A stretch of DNA of 64,000 nucleotides from the NCBI GenBank assembly GCA_024704765.1, contig JAKMXF010000055.1, forward strand, positions 757,400-821,399. The letters are read 5' to 3'. The notes below the pieces were generated by a model that worked only from the letters and a program-made list of their open reading frames with translations, was not told the DNA's origin and did not search any database. The position numbers and the translations under genes were made by a program. This stretch comes from Oopsacas minuta. Lineage: Eukaryota > Animalia > Porifera. Shown here in pieces: positions 13,501 to 28,500 of this stretch. Each line of letters begins with the position of its first letter. Positions within the stretch are counted from its first letter, which is position 1.

Positions 13501-16500
13501 TGCCAGGATAACTATATTCGGTTAACCGAAAGCGTCATTTCAACCAAAATGTTTAGTATTCATAAGCGTTTGAGACATGCGAAATAAAATATACACGAAT
13601 TTTGCTAATTTGGTATTTATGAGATGTCACATTTTAGGTCCGTATTCTCAAATTTCAATAGTTTAGAAAGATAACATCGCATGACGATTGTATACATAAT
13701 AGCTATGTAGTGATAATTTCAATTTTAGTCACAAAACATGATTGATTGTATTCAGTGGCGGCGCTAGAGCATCGCAAGAGGGGGTGCAATGGGGGATTCT
13801 GATAATTTTCAGGGTGTAAAATCATAATTCAGTTAACATAGAATGTATTAATGATTTTAAGTGTTACTCAAATCTAGCGTTCTAAAGGATCAACATAAAT
13901 TAATAACAAAAGGAAAATCTTAAAATCTAATCAAAAGTGCTAAATTATAATTATATTGTTTATTAACACGTTTCCTAACTATTGGGCTGATGCGTGAAAT
14001 TTCAGGCATTAATTATCCTGGAAGCCTCGTATACATGTGATCAGATAATTATTACTTCTATTGTGAGGATTCAAGATTTTAATAATATAAACGTTGTGAG
14101 TACGTATTCTGTCTACTTGTTCCAAATTCATTATGTCCAAAAGACAACTCTGAATTATCTATTTCTGACTCTGTAACTGTTAGACTTTTCGATGTTTCAA
14201 ATACGCCATCTGACAATCAGTACAAGCCAAAGCTTTCGATTTTTCCAACTCGTAGTGGAAAACGATTTCAAAGTGACTGGTATCTAAAGTTCTCATGGAT
14301 TGACTACAGCCAAGAGAGAGATTCCATATTTTGTTTTGCATGCTCACACTTCCGTCAACATGACATTCATGATACTTCACTTCTATCGGCTTTCAGGATT
14401 GGAATCACGATGTCCAAAGCTTCAAAAACATGCTGATAGTTTTTCTCATAAAATGTCACTGATGGCCAAAGTTCAACAGGAGTCAATGACAGGTAGCGTG
14501 ACAGCTCAATTGCACGCCATTTCGCTTAAACTGCTCGAGAAGACTAGGTACTATTTGCGAACTGTGCTGAGGTAGTGAAGCTATGTGCTTGACAGGGCCT
14601 AGCCCTCCAAGGACATCGTGAGTCAAAAAGTAAGAGAAATTGTGCTAACATTCTCGAGATTCTGGCGCTCATTTCCAAGAAAGACAATAATTTTAGCACC
14701 AATTTAAAAGCGCTCAAGTATGCTCGATATACACACCACGACATCCAAAACGAAATTATCGAAACTTTCGCGTCGCTAATAGGGAAAGATATTTTGAAAG
14801 ATGTCAAATTGTCTGAATTGTTTTCCATTCTTGTCGATGAGTCCCGGGATGTAGCGAAAATTGAACAATTAAGTGTATGTCTTCGCTACTTAAAGGATGG
14901 TTCGCCAAGAGAAGAATATATTGGCTATTGGGAAACAGACGGGCTGAGTGCTGGGAAGCTATGCGACCAGATTATCAAGGTTCTTCACGAATTTGGTGTT
15001 GATATTCAGAACACATGCGGTCAAGGATATGATGGTGCGAGTGTGATGTCTGGAAGATTTCGTGGTATCCAGTCTTTGTTTCGGCAGGCCGTACCACACG
15101 CGATCTACGTCCATTGTTATTGCCAATACCTCATTCTAGTTATTGTGGACTTTGTTATGCTGTGCCGTCTGCAGCTCGATTCTTTGCCCTCCTTTAAGAT
15201 CTATACGTGTTTATTTCCTCATCGGTTCCACATCAAAAGTTTCTGGAACTACAAAACGAAATGCATCCCGGTTCCCCAAGCAGAGAGTTAAAGAGACAAT
15301 CTGAAACGAGATGGATCTGTCAGTGGCACGATATCAATACTGCTTTAAAAACCATGGGACCGCTCATTGCTACACTCGAACACTTCGAGGAAATCGACTC
15401 CTCAACTGAGAGGCACACAACAGCCGATTGTTTTTTGAAGGGTCTAAATTTAGAATTCGCAGTATGTCTAATTTCATCTGAAGATATTTTCGGCAGAGCC
15501 AAGGCTAATATAGTTGTTCTTCAGAGTCCCGACAAGGATTCATCACAAGCTGCAGAGTTGGTCCAAGTTTTACAGTCTGATATATAGGAAAAGCTCGTCG
15601 TCAAAAGTATATGGGAATTTCTCATGGAGAAAATTCAAACCCTGCTGGCGGAACATGATTTCTCGGAGCCTCTGGAGAAACGAAGTCGCCGTGTGAGATA
15701 CGATACCCCGCCAGTTGTTGCCAAACCAAGAACGAATTCCGTGAACACGTTTTATACCATGTTTGAAAACCATCCTGGAGTAGTTATAAAGAAGATTTTC
15801 AAACGACGCCATGAAAGTTGCAGGGATCAATTCGCTCAACCCCAAACATCGAAAGAAATGCACATTCGTATCTGTTGAGAGCCTCACAAAATTCTCCAGG
15901 GACTATGCTGCTCATGCAGAGGAGCTGATTCATGAGTGGGCCATACTGCAGAAGATGCTTGACAGTCACGAAAAGAATGCGGAAAAGGTCTCAGAAAGTC
16001 TTGGGATCTGCATCAGATTCTATCAGTTAATGCCGAACCACTTCCTATCTTATAAGAACTTAGTCTGATATGAATGGTACTTCCGATCACTACAGCTTTG
16101 TGTGAAAGGAGTTTCAGCTGCCTCCGTCGAGTAAAAACGTGGTTAAGAAATTCAATATTAGGGCAGAGGTTCTCAGGGCCGGGGTTAGTGACTCTCACAG
16201 ATCGAAATGTGGATTACGATGTTTTCATGGAAAAGTTTTCGCAAACATGTCGATGATTCAATTAAAATAACCAATGTTGATGGAATACTTGTTAGTTATA
16301 ATTAATAATATGAATAAATAATTCATACTTTAGACTCTTATGTGTTCCAGTTTATTTGATATGCTATTACACATAAATAAAATAAAATGCATAGATATCC
16401 CTTGAAACTTCGTCAGCACCCCCTGTAGGGGTGATGACAGAATTTCAAGGCCTACTATAGCACCTCCCAGCACCTCCTTGGCGCCGCCGCTGATTGTATT

Positions 16501-19500
16501 AAGAATGAATGCAGTGGTTAACCACTATCATCTAAACGGTTTTAACCGCCTCCAAAATTCGCTTAACCAACCCGAGCCCTGTAGGACATTTGGAATTTTA
16601 AGATTTTGGACATAGCTTAATAATTAATCAGGGGTCTCGTCAGGATTATGTAATAGGGAGGTGCACTGAATACACTCTGTGCACAATACGTGTTAAAATA
16701 CACACTTAAGGAATAAAGAAGATGATTGCCCGTTTTTGGGTGAATATATAACTTCGAATTACTAGGCTAAAAATACGGTATTACGAGATAATTAAAATAG
16801 AAAAGACCTTTCTTAATTATTGAAGTACGACTGTTTGGATTATTTAACTGTGTGATTCAGAGCTGAATCTTGATATGCCACTGAAAAAGTTGAAGCTTTC
16901 TGAGGGACAACAAAGATTGGGAATAAGTTTCTTCACACCACAAGCATCGATCGAGTCGAACTCTGATACTAATTATCCATGCTCTAAGTTATCTTCTATT
17001 GTAAAATTTGATGCGGGTCCTTTCGGTGGGTCTGAGTCCTCTAGCTCAAGACGTGGTATTACAACTTCTTGGAGATAGTTTGGGGAGTCGAAATGGCGTG
17101 ATATTTATCCTTGGTAATTGTTGAAAGAAGATGGCCTTTACTATCACTATTGTATCAATAATATACACGAAGTTGAAGCCGTTCGGGAGTGTTTATAACT
17201 ATGCCATATACAGAAATAGACCTGACAAACTTGGGAGACATGAGTTGTGCAAAACACAGGCAGATAGTCAGATGGTTTATCAGAAGTGAAAGACCAGAGT
17301 AGCAAATATATCTACTGTAGTTACAATGGTGGAAAGAAGTAACAGACTGACAGTAGAGGAATTCGTCTTCTGTGATGTTATGAGTTGCATTACTATCTCA
17401 ACAAACATGAAATGGCCCATATCACAAATGTTTCGGGTCTGAGAGAGCTGTGTACTACTAGGTAACAAGAGTCAATCATGGAGGAAAAAATCTGGCAATA
17501 CAAACTATGAATCCGAGCAGATAATGGGAGAGATAGTTGAAGTGATAGGCATAATTCTAGAAGAGGAGATTCTCAGTGAAGTAAATAAATCGCCTTTATA
17601 TTCTATCATCCTTGATGAGGCTACAGATATAACTGTGACTAAACAGCTTGGTGTTAGTATACCTTATCTGGATAATAATGCAGTGGTTCGCACTAGGAAT
17701 CTAAAATTGCTAGAAATCATTAATGGAACAGCAGATGTAATAACAGAAACCGTGATTCTTTACCTAACCTCTAAAACACCAGTTACACTTGATATTAGGA
17801 AACTAGCAGGTGGTGCTACTGATGGAGCTTCAGTCATGGTGGGATGTGAACATGGTGTGGTGACTAGAATCAAGCAAGTAGTACCTACATTCATCACTAC
17901 ACCCTGTAGTGCACATAGGTTATCTCTTGCAACCTGTGATGCTAGTGATGCATCTACAATGATCCAAGATTCCAGCGAATTCTGAATTAAATCTATGTCT
18001 TGTTTTCAAGGAGTACTGTGCGTACTTCAGAAGTTTGTGAGATGCAAAACGCACTGAATAAACCTCATTTGAAGCTACAACGCCCTACAGAGACAAGGTG
18101 GCTGTCACATCAAAGTGCAGTAGATGCTCTTCGAAGAAGCATAAAGGCTGTATATGCAACGTTACAGCATGAGGCTGCTGAGGGAGAAGCAACTGCCCAT
18201 GAGTTCTGGAATGAAATTGTAAACCCTACATTCATTGAATCACTACTGCTTCTCTCAAACATTCTTGTGTTTGTCCAATGTGGCACAAGTGGCCGCTACC
18301 AAGAGGTTATTTTGGAATTCAAGAGTTAGGATAGTCATATCATTCGAAAGATTACTTCGACTTATTCCTCCTAACCCTAGTTGATCTCCTTGTAGTGGCG
18401 CTTTTCCTGCCACCTGTGCCACTTTTTGAAAAAAGTGGCACAAGTGGGACAAATTGAAATTCTTTTATAACTTTGGTAAAATTGTTCAATCCAATTGGAA
18501 ATTTCAATCTGGGGTAACTCGCCTACGTAGAATTCAAATATCAAGTCAGAAATTGTAGATTCTTAATAGGTTTTGAATTACCACATATTTTGATCATCAA
18601 TAATTATCTAATAATTATTAACAATTAACACCTTCAAAAAGTGTAAATCAAAAATATTTTTTTGACATTCTTTAAAAACATATGTTATTCTATACAAATT
18701 ACTAGACAGCAGCTACGAAAATAGACTACACAATATATAGGAGCGGGAAAGAGTATACAATTTATGAAAATATATTTGTGTGGTCGAATACTTTTGTCCC
18801 CTGACTGTATATTTTATGCTGACAAATCTCAAGAATGAAAAAAGTACAAAATATCACTTCTTGGGATAATGACATGAAGGATACATTCATATCCTGATTC
18901 TCGAGGTAGTAAAATGTTAATAGGGGTGTGGAATGAGACAGGAGAAAACAAAGAGAGAAATTTACACCTCGAGTTATTGTAAATATACCTTACCAACTAT
19001 CAAAAACGTGGACAAAATGATCACGATCCCTCCCAATGAAGTTGTCATTAACCAGTAAAAATAAACTCTTCCACATCATCGAAATTTGTAAATCACATAC
19101 CCTGTACGTCTCATAATGGAAATATAACCTAACCTAACATGTATCAATAGCTATGATGCCTTCTAAATAGATTGTCTTTCAAATAAATAAGCTTATATAG
19201 AATGAAATTACAGGCTGAGACAAGACCGATAACTAATATTTAAGGAACAAAAATTCTAGCACATTCTCTTTAGTAATAATTACAGGTATGTATAAAACAT
19301 CTATAAAAGGCAAGGATCCTGTCGGTGAATGAATATTGAGCAGGTATATATTCAATATATAGAAAGGAGCAAGTAGATGGAAGTGCGAGAGAGAAAGGAA
19401 GAATTAAGTAAGAAAATATATATTCCGTTATCAGGAAGGTAAAATATGTCAATTCATGTATTCACAGCTCAATGGGATAATCTCTCCTAGGACTCACTTC

Positions 19501-22500
19501 CTAAACTTACTGGAATCTAAATAAGTCGGTTTAAAGTTAAGTGAATGTCTCATGTTTATATATGTACGTATGTATCTATAATCCCTCCAAAAGGAAATGT
19601 ACACCATAATCACGTTGAAAATAGAATTATGCTAGATCAAACGATCTCCCGCAACAATTGATATTGTATTAGATATTTCAATTTGAAATGAAATCGTAAT
19701 TACGGATCAAAATTTACGAATGAAGAAGCATTCAACTCAATTAGATTTTGGTTTATTGAATATAATCATCGAATGTCACTGCGTACCACAAAATTAAATC
19801 AACAACATGGTATAAGGCCGGTCAATCTATGATTCACCGTTAATGTGATACAATCCATAAAGTGGAACATCCCTAGAATGTGATTGCAAAGTATTATAAC
19901 AGGACACACTATGAAAACATTAAAATGCTTATAATTCTTCTAGGTTAAATCGAAAACAATTTAAAGGTCGATATTGGAAATCAGTGAAAGATTTCGTTTC
20001 ATTCAAGTGATCACTTGAAAAAGTTTGGAAATTAAGTCCAAAAATATCCACGAGTGCAACATCACAGTTCCAGTTTGACTTGGGCCAAAATTTTTAGTTT
20101 CAGCTTTCGCATACTAAATTAACTCGAACTCCAAACAAAATTTCGGCATTTTTTTTTAATTGTTCAAACACTAATTCACATCATTGGAAATTTTAGACTA
20201 ATCATAGCCAACATTTGCACATTACAGACATATGAACTCAGATGGAAAGATTCGTTATGATAAAGCTGGTAGGTTCTTGAGGTACAGTAATAACCATGGA
20301 TGACAATTAATTCTGAAAATCTATGTATAAGTCAAAAACCACAATGATATAACACAACTCACTATTGCTAATACTAGCATATCCCGAATTCACATACCCA
20401 TATAACAAATTTGATATGATATCAACAAGGATCATTATACAGTCATGAATATTGTCATTTATGGAAATAATCAGGATTGTGTAATTGTCGTGGAGAAATC
20501 ATTTCAAAATGCATCATAAGGGTATGGTATATACTGTAATCTGAAATAATGAGTTTTGGCATATCATTGAAAGTTTGTGATTTATTAATGGATACTAAAA
20601 ATAATTAACAATCATGGTGACTACTGCAACTCAAGAACGTGCCAAATTCATCATGACAAATTTTATGTCTCACAAAAGCATCATTATATCCTTTTACTTT
20701 GAAATTAAAGATGCAAATATTTCAATCTAAATCACAGGAAAGAATGGGCAAATTTCTCAAATTATGCTTACGATGCAATGAAATTGGGAAACTTTGAAAT
20801 TATTGTATGTTATGCTTTGGTGATCATTTGATTACATTTCCTTCTGCATTAAAGTAATTTGTGCGATATGAAAATATTCTGTATACTGACAAAAGATCTA
20901 CCATACACTACTATATCTCAGATGGTAAGCTTTATATAGAAAAAGCTAAGGTCAAATAATGATATTGAACTCAATAACCAATCCTCTCATCTGACAGTGC
21001 GAAGTGTTAATGAATCAATACTTGAATGTCAAGGAAGTGTTAATGTATCAATGGGTATTGGGATCTACAATAGATACGTTAGAAGTTTTCAAGTGTCAAC
21101 CAGTAAGCAAAATCTGCTCCTGACTTTTTTGAGGAACAAATTTAAATATAATATGCAGCTATGATCTAGAATGCTTAAGTTAAGTATGTTTCCAATTAGT
21201 CAATATAATCATTCATATATTTATCACAACATAAGTATAAGTGTAAATTTCTCCTACTACCTATTACGCATTAATAAATTGCATTTAAAGTATGTAGATG
21301 GTAGGATTTGATAATACATGAACATATCTACGAGAAATGACAACTCTATATAACGGGCAGAGGCCATCTCTCCAACGTGTTCAGCAAAATATCCTAATTA
21401 TTATATAGAGAGGGGTAAAAAAGCAAGGTTGTTAATAGTGATGTTAACAGCAAACACATTGCGTTAACAACAATTGAATACTGAATAAGCGGTTTCAAAG
21501 TTAATGATATATAGGTAGTGTTATGGTATAGTAATACTATTTGCGGAATTCAGACATGTGAAATAGAGATGTGACAACTTTTGACAACTGTTAGGGAGGA
21601 TGCCTAGAGATGTGACAACTATTTGGCAAATGTTTAGGGGTCGCAGGGAAAATTAGAATAACACTGAACTAGATCATTCAAATGATTAAAATTCTGATAG
21701 CATTAACATATATGATTCAGTGATGATAATATTCAACGATAAATAATGAATTCATCACAAAATTCAACCACAAAGTGTGCTAACAGCTTAGTCGATAAAT
21801 GAATTTATTTTAAAATAGCATTATAAATTTGAGCCACTATGGGTATTGGAAATAAACCTAACCTTTCATAGGCCCCAGTTAAAGTGCCACATTTCAAACA
21901 AATCGATTTAAGAGACTAAGCAGTCTGCACAGGTTGAAATTATATATTTTTCTTCGCTACGCTCTGATAAAAATTCTATCAAACATTATATTTACAATTT
22001 ACTATGATCATCCTCCATAGAATATTCATTTTGTTTAAAGGAATATAAGTTGAAAAGGTGATATAATAGAATGGATACTGGAGGAGATTTGATCGTTACA
22101 AATTCAAGAGTGTGAAATTCGGAACCAACGTATTGAATTACCCCCATTTGCTGTTTAGAACAATCTCCTACGAGTATTCAAGGGTTATATAATCGGAGAA
22201 TTACATATCTTTAAATGAACTATGGCTAATTTGAAATATATTTTATCCATAAATATAATATAAATATTTAAGGCAGTTGGTAAACTAGATACACAATAAA
22301 TCTAACTGATTCCATATTAAATTATCAAAGTAGTATTGGAAAATCTATTGAAAAACAACTTGATTAAAATAATTCCAACAAATCGAACAATAGAATTAGA
22401 AGTTCAAGCATAGTGTATATGTAAACCATTATATGAATTATTCAGGTCAATACAGATGTATATTATCGTTGGATAGTGACGTCCATTTCGTTAATTTATG

Positions 22501-25500
22501 GGAAAAACGAAGAGTGATTTCAAAATTTTGAAGAGCTATTATCTGAAGAATTTCTTTGTGAATAGTAAGAATGTATTTTGGTCAAGAAATTATGATATAA
22601 TTTTGGCTCAAAAGACGCAAAGACAAAATCGCTTAGAAAAGATTATCTGCAGGTTCGATATATGAAACGGCAGACTGAACTAGCTAAGCAGAATGAAACA
22701 AGTGGTCGCTCGACCGTGATAGGATCAATTTAGGGAATAAATTGTAGTAATATTCCTGAAATGTCCTGTATAAAAAGATATCACCAAAATTTAAATGACA
22801 TCAAAACGAAGTGTAACTTTACCCTGATAAAGAAAATCGCCTAAAATGTGATTTGTAGTTAACGGAATTTATACACGTTTCAGAAGTGATCTGATGAGGA
22901 TATGAAATTTAACAATCAACAAACAGCCAAATATCTCACAAATTAGCCCTGTATTGAGATGGCGCTTAACTAATTGGCCAAGGTATCATCAATGTATTGA
23001 CGTACAGTGAAATAACGGTTTTGTTAATAGTTATGAACAATCAGGTGTTAACATTTGATAAATACTAATCACATAATGCATGATAAACAAAATGTAATTT
23101 GAGTTATTTAAATTTTCAGAAATCTAAAAGGAGAAATATACAACAAGTGTGATAGTTAGCAGACTGTTCGACCATGTATACTTCAATCACTAATTTAACA
23201 CACTTCTACTTCGCAGCTTTTAGGGAGATTAATCTCACATGACAGAGGAAAGTTGAACGTTTTACGCAATATGAGTTTTATGTAAAGACTTATCCTTTTT
23301 ATAGGAATATTTTGATCAATTACACATGTGTACGATTTCATTAAGGTAGACTACTTGTAAGTAAGCATTCGATTCTGACACTTCGTATACATATCTGTGC
23401 CATATGAACGTTTATCTAAATTAAATTTCATCAAAAAATATTGAAAACTCGCGGACTTATGACAATTCAAATTATCAGTTGGTAATGGTCATTTAAGGGG
23501 ACTACCTAAAGTAGGATCAGTTCAAACTCACATTTCTTACCCTAAATATAATTGAATCTCAATTATTTTGATATTAATTAATAGATGAGATGTAAACGTT
23601 TATAACAATATCAATATTATCCAGAAATACTGAAAATTATCACTCGCATCAACCTTCTAAAAATCGATAATTAATTGTTGTGAATTTCGAGCTCCAACTT
23701 TGAACTCAATTCTGGAAGTTATTTATCTTCAGAACAGCCTCAAATTCTACAGATACCTCATTGGTATTCTATAATTCAATTTCCTTAAAAACATAAGGGT
23801 CGCTACTAGCTTTGATTATAGACTTTTGTACTCTAAATATTTTTGTTGAATTTATGTTCAATTTCCTTTCTTAATAAATAAATGTTTTGTATATTTGTAC
23901 TATGACTAACTTGGAAGACTATTACACATTTACGTAATGGGAAGTCAGATTAATATACTTTTTATAGTTCCCAATCTAACTCTCTTTCATCAACAGTTCC
24001 AAATTTAGTTAGGATGTGTAGAGTATATATAAGTTGATTTATTTAATTAATTAAATCATAAATACAAAATAAAATTTGAACCAGTTTTCATAAAAAAAGT
24101 TTCAGAACCAATTACTTAAAATCTTGTTATATCTAGCAACTAAAAAGCAAATCACGCTAATTGGTAGTTCGATTTTAAGTTCCTCTTTTATATAATTCTA
24201 TAATTAAAAATCGACAACCAATCGGTATAATTGTGTGGTGTTAACCAGTAATAGCAGTATCTTTGTAAATTTCTGTAGAAATCATATTTCAGCTTTAATC
24301 ATCTGGAATCCAAAGCTCCAGTTCATTATTGTAAGTCTGAATGAGTTAATGCTAAATAGTAAAAATTATATTCATTCCTTCCATATATTTTGAAACTGAA
24401 CATTACGTAGATACAATGCTGTACACAAAGATATTATAATAATTATACAGGTAATTTCTGAAACACATTCATAGAGATAATATTCAGTATTAAATTATAC
24501 ACAAAATAGTTGTTATACATACACAAGTAATAACAAGATGAATTTACACAAATAATTAAATATTATAGTACTATCATACCACTCTCATCATATACAATTC
24601 TTCCACAAGATGGTTCAAAAAAGTTAAATGTAAATTTAGTATCCAGAGCTATTTTCTCCATATGTTAAACAATTATAAAATACCAACTATTATTACCAAT
24701 ATGCAAATATCAGTCATCTTAAAATTCTGAACAAAGAATGATGCAAAATACTGCACGAAAACTTCAGGAGTATATGTAATACAAATATTACACATACTAC
24801 TTGGATCTTCCACTTCAAAGCTTGATTTAACATGTATGAACCACTTTTCAACAATATAGGTTTTCGAAATTGAATTATTGAGAAGAAAGACAAGTCTGTC
24901 AAGCAGGAGAATACTCTATCCTATCACTTAATTCATTAATCAATAACATAAACTTGTAAAGACTCTATTTTTACATATATATATATATAGTACAGCATAC
25001 TGAACTACTAAATTATGAGATGACAATTACATTCGCCGATGTAGTGTAGATTGATATGATCCGCTGATTGATATCTGCTGAAGAGAGCCTCAAAAGAACG
25101 AACTGTGGAGACTATTTTACATATTACTAGCTGATTTCCTTTCGGTAATTCTAGAGACTAAACAAATATATGTAAAGCATGGACGTAAATACATTATATT
25201 CCTTCATATTATGATTATATTTGAATATATATACAGTCGAAAGTTACCAAAGACGATAACCAAGGGATGGCCGGAATCAGTCGGATAGGCTATATGTGAT
25301 AATATTTCGGAACCAGATTCAAGAGAAAAGGGTGACGGAGGCAGTAATTAAGCCTATTTTCCCTAAAGACCAATAAGTAATATTTATCAATTACCCTGTT
25401 CGGAATATCAAACTTGAGTTGGAATGATCAGTCGTGGGTTTATCTCGATACCAGCAATGAAGAGCAGAATATAAAGAAATGAGAGAGTCGGATAAAGTTT

Positions 25501-28500
25501 TGGAATAATTGGAGCATTTCCGAAGAGAGTGCAATTCAATACGAGCATGCGACAACTCAATTTTATCATGAGTATGTCCCGTCAATGAAAATATAATATA
25601 TGCAGACGAAATAATGAAGAGAAAGAAACAAGTGGTATCAAATATGAGAGCAAACGCAAAAGAAAAGATAAAAAGCAAACAAAGCAAAATCAGGAAAATG
25701 GAAAAAAATCAAAATAACTAGTATTATGGCAAAGGGGTGTGCAAATAAATTCTGTCAGTCGATGATCATATTTCATTGAATAGATATAAATAGACCATTC
25801 AAATTTGGAATCGTAACTATCTAAGCTTGACGTCAATCATATCAAACATGACAACCATTTACTGGAGGCTGTCATACTTATATGCATAAATATATTCGGT
25901 TGGAAAATGGTGCAGATAAGAAGTTTATAGGCGCCAAAAGTCTGCAAAAATGTACTAGCGACTCGTTATACATTTTAAAGGAATTGAGTTATAGAATATC
26001 AAAGAGATATCTGTCATTTTAGAGGCTGTTCTGAAGATAAATAACTTCCAGAATTGAGTTCAAAGTTGGAGCTCGAAATTCACAAAAATCATAAATTATC
26101 GATTTTTAGAAGGTTGATGCGAGTGATAATTTTCAGTATTTCTGGATAATATTGATATTGTTATAAACGTTTACATCTCATCTATTAATTAATATCAAAA
26201 TAATTGAGATTCAATTATATTTAGGGTAAGAAATGTGAGTTTGAACTGATCCTACTTTAGGTAGTCCCCTTAAATGACCATTACCAACTGATAATTTGAA
26301 TTGTCATAAGTCCGCGAGTTTTCAATATTTTTTGATGAAATTTAAATTAGATAAACGTTCATATGGCACAGATATGTATACGAAGTGTCAGAATCGAATG
26401 CTTACTTACAAGTGGTCTAGTTTAATGAAATCGTACACATGTGTAATTGATCAAAATATTCCTATAAAAAGGAAAAGCCCTTACAGATACATCATAATGC
26501 GTGAAATGTTTAACTTTCTTCTATCGAATAAGACTAATCTCCCTATAATCTGATAAGTAGAAGTGTGTAAATTAGCGATTGAAGTGTACATGATCGAATA
26601 GTCTGCTAACTTAACACTCATAAATAAGTATACATATCATTCAAGTACCTGGAGAGAACAATTGTTGGTTGAAGTGGCCTCTAACATTGCTAAACCGCTC
26701 CAATTGATAACAGATAATAAACTACACAACTCCACTCTAACCAACCAGAAAGAATGAAATCTAACATTCATATACTCCTTTATAGCTTGTACAACTAAGC
26801 CACTGTAACAATAATGTAACAGCTCTGGCAAACAACATTTCATGGCTAAACAAGAAGCACGAACTGCCATAGCATCTGTAGACTTCAGTAATCTCAACAA
26901 TGTTTTCAGTAAGTGAGGAAATATGGAAAAGAAATTTCGCTCACTCTCAATAGAATGTGAATAAACTTTCATTAGATAATGTTTAATGAAGCTTGCGGCT
27001 AGAATGCATGTTTTTTCTAGTGTAGTAGGATCTGTGTGTGAGAACATTAAGAAAACATCGGTAAGAGACTGAGTAGTATGTAGATTGAGTGAATGAATCG
27101 GAGGAAATAAATCTTGAAAAATTAGTTCAGGTTGTAAAGAAATACCAATAGTCAAGCATTTAATCGAAGAATTTTGTATGCTAACAAGAGAAGATTGCTT
27201 CGGTAGAACAGAGCCAGGTATGCCTACAATAATTGGAAAAATATTTAGGTTAAAGGTACAACTACGTGAACAGAAAAGTTCCGCCTGCACTAACACTTGA
27301 ATGTAAGAAGCAATCGTTTAGATTTTTAGAGTCACCATTCCTACATGTGCGAAGAATATCACACAATAGCCGAATGAGTATATATCTAGCTACAATGGAG
27401 CCAACAAAAAAATATAATGGAGATGCACATTATTGTGGCAAATATCACAAAGAATGGGAGCGATAGGACCCAATAACACTCAAGTTCAGTGGCGTAGCTA
27501 AGTACGGGCCTGCTGGGCCTGTGGCCGGGCAACTTCTCTCTGTGCCCAGGCAATAAATATTATGTTTGTACACTCACATCAGTTCATCCCTATTAATTGT
27601 TATATTACATATATCAATTCCTCTTACTTTTAACCTAATTTGCTATTCTACGATTTATTATATTTAGTAATTAGCATATATGTCTCGAAAATTTAACATT
27701 ACCAACAGCTCGCAGCTAACTTTGTTTGCCACTTACAAGAGAATAAAGCTAACTTCTGAAGATGATATTGATATTACTTATGATAATATTTACCATTCTC
27801 ATTCTGAGGAAGCACAAGACCCTGACTTCGTGCCTACATGTGATACTACTAATCTTGTCAGTTCTGATCCAATTGAGGAAACAACACTACCCAGTATGGC
27901 ACCAACGCAATTATCAATTTCACCTGAAATTCCCAATGTCAATCTTCAGCCACCTTTAGATATTGCTCAAGGGCCTAATGATAAGCCGGTTCAGCCCAAT
28001 CGACATACTTGTCGATTTCCTTTAACATTAGTGGGAACCAAGAAAAGACAATTCAATCCAGATTGGTTTGTCACTTTTAGTTGGTTGGAATACTCAATAG
28101 AAAGAGACGCTGGTTTCTGCTACCCATGCCACATTTTTAATGCTTTAAGTGGTAGAACTGAGGATGCGTTTAAAAGTGTGGGATTTAGAGACTGGAAGCA
28201 TGCAACAGGAAGAGATGGTACCCTCCACTGTCATGATAAATGCCTTACACACATCAACGCGATGGCTTCATGGCATGAATATAAATAAAATGAAAGGATT
28301 GGTACATCAATTGAGAGCTCCATTAATTCGTCAAGAAGTGAGCAGATCCGCCTAAACAGACATTATATTAAGAGTATCGCCGAAGTTATACTATTATGTA
28401 GTCGCCTTGAAATTGCCTTCCGAGGACATGATGAATCCGAAAATTCACTGAACAAAGGAAACATTTTTGAGGTACTGCAAGTTATTGGCAACCATGACCC

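Noticed and set aside
25391-25687. 98-aa ORF in the inverted-repeat spacer as the element's transposase or cargo
   Set aside because: The hydrophobic start reflects a pyrimidine-rich strand; no catalytic motif is recognisable.
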